A DNA stretch of 64,000 nucleotides from Phoronis australis (lineage: Eukaryota; Animalia; Phoronida): the NCBI GenBank assembly GCA_002633005.1, contig NMRA01000051.1, forward strand, positions 871,273-935,272. Reading direction: 5' to 3'. The translations under genes were made by a program, and so were the position numbers. Positions 12,972-25,689 of the stretch are shown in pieces. The notes under the pieces were generated by a model. That model worked only from the letters and a program-made list of their open reading frames with translations, ran no database searches and was not told the origin of the DNA. Numbering within the stretch: position 1 is the first letter of the stretch; every line of letters begins with the position of its first letter.

Positions 12972-14615
12972 CTTAGTTGCTAGACTTTGATCATATTCGT
13001 TTTCGTCTGATTTTGCTCGATGTCTGTGGCGTTTCAGTCGGTCATTTGTCTTCCAGTTACCAAGTCAGTAGATGCATTTCAAGATCAGTGGATATGGTTT
13101 TACATTGAATGTTGGCATAAGTCGTGCGTTCTGCTACATAGACTGTTATTTGATGAGTGTTTGTTTGTAGCGTCAAACTTTTGTGTAAATGGTTACGGAG
13201 ACCGCTCAGTATAAATTTCTTCAGACTCGTAACTAGTAGTCGATCGTATAGTAACAACCCCAGCTCACTCACGTCAGACAGAGCTGTTCTGGCTCGATAT
13301 GGTGAATGGGTGACTCGAAATTCACCGGGTGGCGCTAGTGAAAAGCGGTCTCACCTGAGGCATGTTCCGTAGAAGCAAAACTCGCGCTGGTCAGCAAAAT
13401 CAAGCGTGATCCTTTAAAATCAAGTGAGTGACAGGCGAGTATTTCCAATATATCATCGAAATGGCGACCACTAAAATGACTGGCTGGCGAGGTTAGAACG
13501 TGGAATTACGGGACATTGAGTCGTTACATGTATGTCCGTTCCATAAATGAATATTTTTCACCACAGGTGCAACGCGAGTGTTTTGCGTTTATGGAACCAG
13601 TATAAATGAGAACCGTAGGTCTGAGTCCAGGGGTGCGTTCCGTAAATTAAAGAAACACGCAAAAATACAAGATCACACAATTCCCGAGGTATTGCTGTGC
13701 ATGACAAGACAAGCACGGGGTCACATTAGATTTATTCGCGAGTGTCTTGCTTCTGTGGAACGCAGCCCAGCGCAAAAGGGCGACAGATAACGAGATTATA
13801 TCAAAAGCACACTTGGTTCTGATCTCTTGGTGCGGTATTTTTTCAGGTTGCCAAGTATTTCCAAAAATAAACCACCTGGGATGAGCAAAAGTGATGCGGG
13901 TTTTTGCTTTCTAAACCTTGCTTGCGTTTGCGGGATTTTCAAAAACATGTTTGAGACCTTTGCCGAAATTTACGCAGGCAAGCGCTCGTTTTTATGTAGA
14001 GACACAGGTTTCAAAAAGTCACAATACAAATAACTATTATGCTTCTTTGACATTACCGATCGATGCAAGGCGCACGTTGTTCATAAATGACCATATAAAC
14101 AAAGGTGGAAAGATTTCATGACACATTTAATCATTGTTCCTACTTGAGATATCGCACCAACAAGTTGTTCTAAGCTTAATTCTTAACATTCTTAAAATTC
14201 TAGGACAATTCGACAAATTCGACGAGCGCCTGGAGTTGCTTCACCTACACATTGATAAAAATATGAATAAACTCAAAAGTTCTCTTCTTGAGAAATCGCG
14301 CCAACAACATTTTCCCCGTGTTAAACATGATTTTCTAGCTTGTATCGGCAAGGATAGTTTTAGGATCGCGACCCGCGTCATTGGCACAAAATTTTCATCG
14401 GCGCACTATGTTTTCTCACTTCCGGTCAACTGGCACATTAAACAGCTGAGTTTCTATAAGACCGCACCATATTGAAATGCACTATCCCGCCAGACAGCGA
14501 TCAGATCTTTGGTGGGCAGACGTTCAGCGCCACCTACATATCTCACGTAATGTGATCGTGAGGTTCCAACCTTAACAGATATAAAGTGTGTTTCAATATC
14601 TTTTCTGATATTATA

Positions 14616-14805
14616 ATGCCGGCAATTTTTCACTGCTGTGCGGTAGGATATGGTTTACAGAAACGGCAAACCTCTTCAAATGTCTGTAGATGAAGGACAT
14701 CATGTTCCATACGTTTCCCACTGAGAAGAAGATTCCGCTCCCTGCGAAGTCAGGGTTGCGACTGATTTGTAAAGCGGGAGAATTTCGATCCCAGTCGATT
14801 TCAAA
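14616..14805 (+). pseudogene. THAP zinc-finger relic (DNA transposon 5' end)
   Basis: MPAIFHCCAVG(Y), then in another frame KDIMFHTFPTEKK, resembling the THAP N-terminus (M-P-x-C-x-V-x-C ... FHxFP); frameshifted. Confidence 0.5.
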
Positions 14806-16416
14806 AAGCTGAAATAAGTTCTAACTAAGCAATGGGATGGACTGAGCCTGGAACTTATTTCTCTGTCTTTAGATTAACGAAGCACTACCTAGCTAGAACC
14901 AATATCCATACTGATCCTGTAATTGAATTTCAGTCCACCAAATCTGACGGAGTTGGGATCAAGCGGAAGTCGCTTTCACGCTGTTATTGCTCAAGAGAGC
15001 GCCAATATGAAAAGTCCGCCATTGTGTCGGCAATCGACCCTTACGTTGTTTTATGTACCAATTGCGAAACATCCGACCCAATAGAATACCCAAGACGACA
15101 AACTCAATGGACGTGAGTGATAGGGGTCTAACATACTGGAAAATAAACATTCAAATTATGTAGACACTTAATTGCGGATTGGGTCTGGGTCGATACCTAG
15201 TCTCAGACGGAAATAGCAGACGAAATTACACACGTGAAAGATGCCGCCGAAGAAAAAATTACGAATAAAAAACGAAAGCAAAAACTCACGTAAGTATAAT
15301 AAAGATTAACGTACATATAAGCAAAGGATTCTAAATGTTTACTGCAAGATGTGTTACAAATTTTGGAATAATTTTACGTAATACTTTAGCATACGACGGC
15401 GTCTTGTCCGGCGGTTTAATGTTCCCACACTATTAGCTCAGTTGAAACTTATAAAATCGTAGATTTCCGTAAGGCTTCTGATGGACAACAGTGTGCAATA
15501 AAACAACGGGTATGAGACTCCAGTAAATGTCAGGTTTTCACGTATTTTGGAAAATATGTTATAAAGGCCTCTTTCTAAGGGCATTGCTCGTTGCCCTTGT
15601 GCCGAGTAAAAGCAATAGAAGTCGTCAGACGTGGGCGCGTGTTCGATTCTTAGCAGGACAAAAATATGTAGCTGAAGTTGTACAACAAATTATCTTGGCG
15701 TCTTGCCGAATACAGCATATTTTGAAGACGACTAGTAAACGACATTTACCTGTGCAGTGGGGTTTAATCACTAAACGGTACGACCGGGCCAGGTACATGT
15801 AAATATTGAAAGCTTCAGCGTATGTATTCCCTTCTTAAAGTTATTTACAAATATCAAGGGCTTTGGTGGACGTGTTGTTAAGCTACCACAATCTAGATAT
15901 TAATGACGATACTTAGCGGTAACTGTTTTGAGTATCATTTATTTTCTTAAAATTATAAAACGGGGTTGCATTTCCTGTAGCTAGCTTCTTGCGAGTAACT
16001 TTGTTCTCGCGAGATATTGCCATGCATTAGAAATTAAGCACTTCAACTGATTAGCTTTCCCTCGCAAGTATCTTATTTTAAGGTACAGGCCTGATTTGCA
16101 TAGAGTTGTTATCTGGCAATTATGCTGCAAAGCTAGACGCTTACCGCGCTTATTAGGCAAATTGTTGTGTAGAAATACGTGTAGGTGAGGGAATAATCGA
16201 CTATTATAGTTTTAACGCGGTGTACCGATGAAAAATAAGAATACTTAGTACCCTCTAAGAGAGTAAGCAGGGTGACATCTGTTGGGAGCTTCTACGAAAA
16301 TTTCACACAGTCTACAGTACTGCGTACAGGGCTCAGATAACAACAACCTATTAGAACCAGCAGTCGAGACTCGTGATTATGCATTAATAATCCGGCCTTG
16401 CCATTACGTTTCTTAA

Positions 16417-16965
16417 AGAGACATGGAACGCGAACGCTCGTCAAAATAATATCTTTTAAACAATTTCTGACGAAAATAGTGCCTCGCAACGTCTAGTACA
16501 AAGTAATTCACTTTCCCCTGTGGGGAAATTTCCTCAAAAAAAATCACAACACGACTTTTGAAATACGCTCGAAGGAGAAACTCTGTGGTTACCACAAAGT
16601 TTCTACTCTCCTTCCCACTTATATGACAAATACGCGCTTGCGCTTACAGTCAGTTGCTTGAAGTCGCTTTAGGTCAAAGGTCACGTTTTCCGTATAAGGG
16701 AAATGTGCTACGCCTATGTTTTGCCATTCCTAATAGGGAGACGTGCTTTGCCTTGTGGGAGAAAAATCGACGAAGTGGCGAGCAGTTGACATTTCGTGTT
16801 TTTGAAATTTGAAACTAAAAGAAAATGCTTTGATATCAACAGAAATTAAGAATTTTTAAGAACGGACCCTAAAATTACCTTGTGAGCAGGTTTGAAGTCT
16901 GTTTCAGTGGCAGAGAGCCACTTTCAATATTGCAATTTAGTCTGTTTATCGCGTTCCAGGCCTCT
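16417..16965 (+). mobile_element. Non-autonomous Kolobok-like DNA transposon, copy 1 (internally deleted)
   Basis: TTAA on both sides (16413-16416, 16966-16969); TIR AGAGACATGGAACGCGA / TCGCGTTCCAGGCCTCT; homologous to 52759-53513. Confidence 0.8.
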
Positions 16966-17624
16966 TTAAAGCTGCATTCGCCCTCTTTAGTTGGCGAAAA
17001 ACGGAAATCGAATTTGCCCTCTTACTCTGATGAAATCGGTCTCTTAATATTCCTTACCGTGATAGGATTTCATTTCTGTTCCTAAACTGAAATCGTAGTT
17101 AATGCTTATATGCGCCATTTTCGAATTCGTATTTTTAGGCTAGTTGGCCAATCCCAATAAACTCAGTTTTTGAGTCGCTGATGGTTTTGATTTTTTTGTA
17201 CATAACGGAAATAGAATCTTATTGCGGTAGGAGCATTATGAGTCCGATTTGATGCAAGAAAAAGACCTCATTCAATTTTCGCTTTTGTCAGCTAAACAGT
17301 GCGAAATGCAGCTTTAAACAAAAGAAATCTTATTGAATTTGCTGTGATTTATTTTTCCGCCGTGGTGAATAGTTTCCGGTTCGCCCACTCGCAATTACGT
17401 GTATACGCACATCGATGTTTAAAAAAACTGTTGAAGGTTGGAGTCCATCAAAGTGTTTTTCTGCAAAATGAAAAGATACTAGAAGCATTTCGCCGCAACG
17501 TGATTTGTTATATCCTGAGAACAACTAAATTAACTTCATCAGGGAGAGCTCCTTCGGTGAAATATTTTCAGTGTCTGTCTCCAAGGCTGTTTCTCAATAA
17601 CATATTTAACAATATCAACGGTAA

Positions 17625-17870
17625 AATTAATGATAACAAGAGGAATAATATTGATAATAACAATGATGATGATGATATTAATAATAATGATTAGTAGTAG
17701 TAGTTCTATTTCTATTTTATTACCAATGTTAATATTATGATAATTATTAGTAGTAGTTTTAATAGTAGTAGTAGCAGTAGTATCATTATTTTTATGCTTA
17801 TTGTTATTTTTAGTTTTATTATTATTAGTATCATTATCATTATTATGATGATGATGACGAAGATGATGGT
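17625..17870. repeat. Low-complexity AAT/TAG/GAT trinucleotide tract
   Basis: Compound trinucleotide runs. Confidence 0.85.
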
Positions 17871-18663
17871 ATCACTTTAACTTTGTGCCTTTGTGTTACC
17901 CCTTCGCCGGGTGGGTACTGCCAAATGGGGAACGACGAAAGTAATACTGGCTCAGAATAACCTTTTATAGTTGTTTATTGACTCTAGAGCCCGTTTTCGC
18001 GGATGCTCAGGTATTACGTCGGTCGGAACTTTGAATGTACAGCAGCATCCCCTACCCATTATGAGAAAGAGAACCCCAAAGCGTTTTGCAGCGTCTATGA
18101 CCGTCGAGCTAATTCGACGTCGAATGCGCTTGAGAGCGTTTTACACGACTGTCCACTGCATGCCCAGCAACAACACAAGGCGCGAAATAGATTCAAATGG
18201 TATGTAAATCCGCTTGAAATGTCGCCAATATTGTTAACGCCGATGCCTCTTCTATTTATCATAATAACTGCAAATCACGGACGACGTGAAAATCATTTTA
18301 AACTTCATTGTAAATACCTGCGTCTAATACGCGATTACACAGTTTTCTGTTCATGTTCATGGACTTTGCGGTCTAGAGCCAAAATCTGCGGACTCGAGAC
18401 ACTCGCGAGAATTTAGCTAGTGTGATCACGTGCTCCGCTTATAATGCCATTTGATATCTGGCGAAGACCTGCATGATCTCGTGTTTCCGCGAGATTTTGA
18501 GACTACGGAATGCAGCCCAGGTTTGAGTGACACAGTCTCCAAGCCTTTAACTTGTACTTGGTGCGAAAAATCACTTATGAAACGGGAACAGTGAATTCAA
18601 TCTCAACCTCACCGACCAATCATTTCAGTGGTCACCATTTTGATAGTATAGACTAGTAAGCTC

Positions 18664-19186
18664 TAGGTTGCCTATAGGTGCTGCAGAGCAAAGGTAAGAC
18701 ACTGGGTGCGCAAACTGTCGGTGGATGCATGGAGAGAAACCAAACAAATTTTTCCAAGTCCTATTGAACCAAAAGGCTCAAAGAAACTGTTATGTTTAGA
18801 TAGGTTTGCTATGAAGCAGCTGATCCAGGTTATTACTGGACACTGCAAACTAGCTCGGCACCGTAACATCACAGGCCCCATGGCATGTTCATTTTGTCCT
18901 AACTGTGGCTTGGAGGCCGAGACTCCTCAACATCTGGTGGAGATTTGCCCTGCCTACGCCACTTGATAGATACATAACCCGCCTGGTTAACATCGTTAGA
19001 TCATACATGTTTAACAGTATTTCTGTCTTTCTGAAACAAACAGGCAGATTTTACCGATGAGGAATCCGATGATGTCGTGTCCCCATCAGTTATAATCAGG
19101 TGATTAGTGTAATGGGCCCGGTCTTGTAGTCTAAACACGCCTGATGTACCGCAAACGGCATCAGGCGACCTGCACTCTTTTTTTTT
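18664..19186 (+). mobile_element. 5'-truncated LINE (RNase H-bearing family, LOA/R1/I-group-like), copy 2
   Basis: ITGHCKLARH...CPNCGLEAETPQHLVEICPAY zinc finger; high similarity to 33489-34028; TSD TAGTAAGCTC at 18654-18663 and 19187-19196; T tail. Confidence 0.9.
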
Positions 19187-19640
19187 TAGTAAGCTCCCGA
19201 GCATACTCGAGAAACTCTCCCCTATTAGTCGCGTAATTTTACGAGGTCTTGCGAGATCTTGTTTTTTCGCAAGAAACTTGGTCTACGGAAGGCTCTTCAG
19301 ATCGTCTGGCGGCCTGGTGTAATTGAGGACGAGCGTGCTGCAAATGCATACAATTCTAATTTATCTTTCTTTCGCTCGTAGACCGTCATCGTGAGCACAC
19401 AGTAAAAGGTCTCACGATTTCGATGTTTACCCGAGCTGAGTTCCATCGAACACAACTTATGAATGAAAGCAAAACTGATTAGGCCTATGCTTTTCTTAAT
19501 TTTTTATTCTTATATAGCGCTATCGATACGAAAGTGCAAAAAAGGTGTTTGTCAAATCTCGATCAAACGGATGATGACATCACTTGGTGTCTTTTTTATT
19601 AATGTTTATTACGAAATCTTCAGAATACAATGAATATACA

Positions 19641-20391
19641 TGTCACGTTTTCCCCCGTGTGTGGGTGGGCGCAGGTTGTTACAGACCGGTGCTAATAGCT
19701 TTCGGTGCAACGATTGACTGGAGACTGGTTCGAGTTAATCCTTTATTAATCCCGACCGTACGTTCACAAGCCTACTCAAACAAAACGTCCGACGTAATGT
19801 CTCTTTATGCTCCAGCCAGTGCTGCGAAGCCTTGACTTGTGATGAACTTCTGAGACATGTTTAGCAACTGTTACACTCATTGATTCAATAACCTGCTGTC
19901 TCTATAGCTGGCTCTGTGTTGACTATCGCTGTAACTGCTGATTCTCTTCACTGCAACTCAACTGTAGTTCTCCTGATTAACTTTCTTGAACTGGCTTGAT
20001 CTTCTCTTGAACTGACTTGATCTCCCTAACACAAACCCGTGCTTGTGTATTTATAGCCTAATGCATTGTTCTGAAACTTTACATCAATTCAAGCACATTC
20101 TAGAACTTTCCTGAATCTACCCAATCATTCTACAAACATATACTAGTCTCTAGAATATTCCAGACTGCATTAATCACTGTCATGCTAGAGTCTTCTAGAA
20201 AGCTCCACACTATACTGTAGTAAACAAATTACATCATCACTGTTCTGACCTCAGTCTTCTAGAAAGTTCCACACTATTTTGTAGTAAACAAATTACATCA
20301 TCACTGTACTTAACTCAGGGGTCATGCCAATCAAACAGAATAACAAAACAAAACAACACAACTAAAAATACTGTCAAACTATATTCTGACA
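19641..20391 (-). mobile_element. Solo LTR (751 bp)
   Basis: TGTCA...TGACA termini; 5-bp TSD ATACA (19636-19640, 20392-20396); on the minus strand TATAAATA (20055-20048) precedes AATAAA (19747-19742); internal ~64-bp duplication at 20189-20310. Confidence 0.85.
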
Positions 20392-22416
20392 ATACATAAA
20401 CCAGAAAGCGCTAAGAGGCGTTATATCTTAGTGCCTTCACTACCCACGATTCCCTGTGACCAACTTCGGATTATCCATTGAGTTAACTAAGCTACAGCTT
20501 TGGGCTCCGCACGAATTAATGATCACAATAGCGAATTTTTGTGTTTGGTATTGGGTCAAACTTTATGTTGCTAAATTAATGGCGATTACTAAATTGACTT
20601 GCTGATGTATTTACATGTATCACATTTTTTAATTCATCACCCTTTTGAATTTTTGAGTTAATGAAAATGTGTACTCTCAATGTCATCATTATCATCATTC
20701 ATATTTTGATCCATTCCACTTTTACATTTTTTTAGGTATGTTCCACTTAGGAACACCTCCAGAAATGTGGATTTAATCGTTTTTGAACCTTCATGCTGAT
20801 CTCTTAAGAGTTTTAAAGCTTGCTTGGATTTGGTTAAATGTTGTTTCTACAATGAAACAACACTTTCTGTAAGATATAAAATGGCTAAACTTGTAAAGTT
20901 TTATTAATAGAGCAAAAAGTTATTTTACTTCATTTTTGAGAACAAGCGTATTATTCGCTTTTGTTTCATTGTCTTTTTCGAGTCCGTACCGGTGTTTTGC
21001 GGTAGTTATATTCTCATCGCTTAGTTCCACCAACTGATGTTCCCATTTTTCCCAGGAAGGCTACTGCCCCATGTTCTTCAGTCCTGACATTCATCCTGTT
21101 CAAAATCTTAAAACCGATGCCTCCCCGACTCGGTGCTACGTGGTTGCCTTAGAAATTGAGTGTCATTCCGAGTTTACTTTATACGGGAAATAGGTAAGAA
21201 GGTTTTTGTTAGTTGTAGCAATAAATCATTTACGTTTGCCACTAAACAACTACTCTGGCCATTTTTGTGTTTTTTAAATAAAAGCATCTACCCCTGAGAA
21301 GCTATTTGTGTATGATGAATATTCAACTGTGACGCTTATTCGAGATTTAGACATGACGTCACAGTGGCGGCCATCTGTGTCTCGTGTAGACCTAGTTAAG
21401 TTACGCGTCTATGACTTTTTTTAAACCTGAAATGTGTCAAAGAAGAAAAAGATGGAATTGTCTACTATCTGTGACTAATAATACTCCCTGTTCAAAAACT
21501 TACTTCAATTTTGCGTCTGCCACATCCCTGTTCAGTGAAAAGTGCCTCAAGTTGCCACTCATCTCAACACCGCCACCCCCCCCCATCTCACACTCATTTC
21601 AACAGCCCTTCCTCCACACTGCCCCACCCCTACCCCTGCTACTCAAAAATGTCACTTTTTGCACATATGGGCTCGTGCACCTGATACACAACATGGCGTC
21701 GCGCGGAAATTGATTTATTGTATAAAGAGATCAGGCTTGGGGAACATTGAGGAACACACAGTCGAGGGGACATGGCGTTGGAAGAACATCGAATTGGGTT
21801 AGGTGTTGGAGGATTACCGTCTGAGACGCAGTGGGGTGGGAAAACAAAGAGGCTGGGGCTTAGGGGCGACATCCTTTGTCGTTACAACCAGTTTTGTTTT
21901 TAGAAAATACATTTTCCGTCAAGCAAAAACAGATCAACATTGTAACGAATCCTAACATTCTAAAATTTGAGGGTGCTCTTTTTGCTCCCCATCCCCCAAA
22001 ATGATCACAGAAGTGGTTTCATAAATCCCCTGTAGCCTACGGCACACGACCTGGTAGCCGATTTTGGACATTCCACCGTTGACGGGCTACTTTGATGTAA
22101 TTCCATTTAAATTCTCGGATCTGGCTATTCTCCTACAATAGCCGGTTCATTGAAACAAAGGTGCAAAGTGTGCTGGTAGGTTGGACATTGCATAAATATC
22201 CCCAGGCTCAATGTTGCAGCTGGAAGTTAATGAGAGCTAATTGATCAATGAACCCAAAAACATGTAGTTCAAGGGTACTAAACAATCATATGGTATGCGA
22301 ACATCGAATCATTCGCACGAACGCCCCTGAATCGTCCGCACGCATCGTTTCGTCATTCGCACTGCAACATCATGCGCCAGAACAATCTGTTATAAACATC
22401 AATCACCTTCTTATGT

Positions 22417-22882
22417 AACGCCAAAGGGTTTTTAATCGAGTCCATTTCTGCGCATAGAAATGTGCTTAATCTACGCGTGCTTTTGCTTAATCTACGCGTG
22501 CTTTCGCTTAGTAATCTACGCGTACTTTTATTTCTTAAACGATCATCGTTTTGTTCTTAATCAACGCGCACTTTTGTTTAATCAACGCGTAGTTTTACTT
22601 AATCAACGCGTATTTTTAATCGGTTCATATAGTCCAATCACGCCCGAGCTCTCAAATCTCAAAATGGCAGAAGACTTTCTACGTGGGTGCAAGGCATCTT
22701 TTGAAGAATGTTACAGATTTTTATCAAGAGACCACGTAAGTGATTAAGAGCAGAACGATGATCGTTTAAGAACTTAAAGTACGCGTAGATTAAGCAAAAG
22801 TACGCGTATACATCAAAAGTATGCTTAGGTTAAGAACATTTTTACGTGCATAAAGGTACTCGTTTAAGAACCCTTTGGTGTT
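22417..22882 (+). mobile_element. Foldback/MITE element with ~20-bp subterminal tandem repeats
   Basis: TIR AACGCCAAAGGGTTTTTAATCGAGT vs rc AACACCAAAGGGTTCTTAAACGAGT; repeats ttttgcttaatctacgcgt mirrored on the right arm. Confidence 0.75.
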
Positions 22883-24129
22883 TTCTTCTCAAACCATTCC
22901 CCATCGGTAATATTCATTTTCAAAGTACTGGTGATTCAGTGGTTCGTACAGATGACGCGATGCCCGCCGCGTGTGATTGAATGGTACCTTTGTATAGCTG
23001 AATTTTTATCTTCACATCTGCGTTGCTGAACAGATAACCAATATAGAACAGTTTGTTGCTCGACGTCAAAAATCAACTCAACCGTGATTTTGGCCCTGTT
23101 TAGCTTTACAATGCTTTTCTTACACAGAGTTTAAACGAATACGCCAAAACATCCTACTGAAACAGTCTTACATTTTCGAGTTACATTTTCAATATTTTTC
23201 TTTCATATTTGAAAACCAGTGTACGTGTAGCTAAAACTGTGTTTCCTGTGTTATCTATCTTTTTGAATACGTGACGACGTACACACTCTTCATAATTCTT
23301 CTGATTCAGCCAAAGCAGAGATCTAAACATGAAAGCAAAGGAATAATAGACTCAATAACTTGTAGCATGTGATAAATCTCCACTAAAAGTTCGCTGATTA
23401 GACTAGCTTTGAGCAAATGTAAACGTAGATATTACGAAAAGGAAATTTATTTTGAGCTTAGGTTTAAATCGATAACCACATGCAAAAGCTTGTTACAGAC
23501 AACATTTGTTTCTTCAACATTCATCTCATTAGCTTAGTGGTTTGATATAGTACGATACATAACAGTAGCCTTTTCCTTGATTCGGTGTCTTCTGAAAGCT
23601 TTAGTCGATCTTTCCCTACGTACATGTGTCCTTACAATAAGAACCAGCAATACTCGCGCAAACACTGTCTTCCACGTGGCTAAACGTGTGAATTAATACT
23701 TGTCACGTTACGACGGAAACTCATTGAGACTTTGATTTGGGCAGTGGGCTCGTTATCAAAATATTCGTTTACTGTAATATTCATCTGCCGGTCGAGGTCA
23801 TTTAGAGTTGTTTCAAATATAAATGTTCATCTTTTCTGAATGCATGTACTGCGTCACGTAGTTTAATTATATTGAATTTGCCTCTTAATGTGCTTGGAGT
23901 ATTTAATCGTCGGCTTTAAGCTACGTATTCCTGATAGTATAGCTTAATTACGACATAATGAACAACAAATAGGTGCATATTTACCACCCAACTTCCTGAA
24001 ACGCTATTTTCAAATATCGACATCGTGCGTATGACACGTGTACGTGTAGTGACTTTGCCATGGCAAGACTTGGCTGGCAATTATGAGATGAGTGTATTAA
24101 CCAAACCGTTCGATACAATTTTCGTAAAT

Positions 24130-24374
24130 TTCCGTGTCCCGCTTTTTGAAAGTCTGTCCCGCCATTCTGTCACACCATCAAAATGTCCCGCTTTCTGACA
24201 CACGGCAAAATTGACATATCATCGTATTCTATACCTATGCTTCCCCACTCTGGTATTACAACGACATTCCGTCATTGCGTTGTGACATACACTCAGATTT
24301 CCGGCTGATTCGCATGTCCCGCCTTTTCAATCTAGGATTCCGGGAGTTTTTCATTCACAAAGTTGGCAACTATG
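24130..24374. mobile_element. Partial hAT-like MITE end
   Basis: Repeated TGTCCCGC subterminal motif, ending GTTGGCAACTATG. Confidence 0.35.
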
Positions 24375-25689
24375 CACTGCTACATATAATACTCCAAGTT
24401 TCTGAAGCCAATTGCCGGTAAGTCCGACACTCTATTTTTCTAATAGAATTAAGGCTCTAGAAATAGTTTTCGTGAGTGTAAACCCAAGCAAACATGTGCA
24501 TTGAATATTAAAGTCCTTACCTCTACTGTGGCTGTTTCACCATTGACTTCACTGCACGTCGTATTTGAACGCTCAATTGGCGAATATTTTTATTTTTTAA
24601 GCTCTGTACGTCTTGGCCACTTCTGATTGGCTGGAACATCACTTGTATTTGAGGAACACATTTCTTAACCAATCACGAATCATGGTTCTTACATTGAATT
24701 TCAGAAGACCGGTTGAACACGCGACATTATGTTTTCACAGCTATGACACTCAAAGTTTGCTTTGCTTGTCACCCAAGCAAGAACGCATTCAACATTTGGC
24801 TGTACGTATTGCAAAACCCACGCTCGAATGCGAAATTTTTGTGTGTACACTACCATTATTAAAAAGTCTTATTAATATTTATGAGGAATACGAAAAGGAG
24901 GTTAAGCACGGCAATGCGATGCCTGCCTCCGCATTTCGTTTACAGGAGATTTGTCGTTTGCGCCTGATTTAATTTTTGGTTTCCTTGAAGAGTGCGTATC
25001 AAAAAGGACTCATAGCTCCGGGGTCGAATAGTTGAACAAAGGATTCCGATATTATTCAGAAAAGTCCATTCATGACGCAATAAACGAGGCACCTGTATTA
25101 GGCAAATCAAGTTTGAACCGAGAGCAATTCGTGGTTTCATTTAGTGTAAACTAATGAAAATTTATAATATTATTAATGATTATTTGGAATAAGCAAGGGC
25201 TAGTTACCCCGTTCTAGTGCTCAAAATAACCCAGACGGGATCGCTACATGTAAGTAAACCTCCTAGTTGAAGCTAGTTTTCCATTAGAAGTTAGGGATAC
25301 TAAATGTTCGCTGAAATTGTCGTAGCTTTGGGCTAAGTAACGACCGCAAGCTGTGGTCTAAGTTCGAGGCCGTGACTGCGAAGCATAACTGACGCTCGGT
25401 TTCTATAAGAAATTTTACGTAAAAAGTAGTTGCAATGCCAACTACTAAATCTTTTGAATTTTTTGAAGATTATCTGTCTACTGGACACTTAGCTTCATTC
25501 GTCGTCGAAACAGTCAAAGTAGGCCTTCGTCGGCCTAGCCTGGGTCATCCATCATGCCAAATGATCATTTTCTCGGTTCTTTTTCTTTTCTGGAGGGGAG
25601 TGTGATGCAAGGTAAGATGACTGGGAACCCTTAGATTTACCGTTGCCGAACGAACATAACAGTTTTCGTCACACTTGTAATGCCAATAA

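Noticed and set aside
12744-12983. Poly-Leu ORF
   Set aside because: Translation of the (CTG)n microsatellite; no exon support
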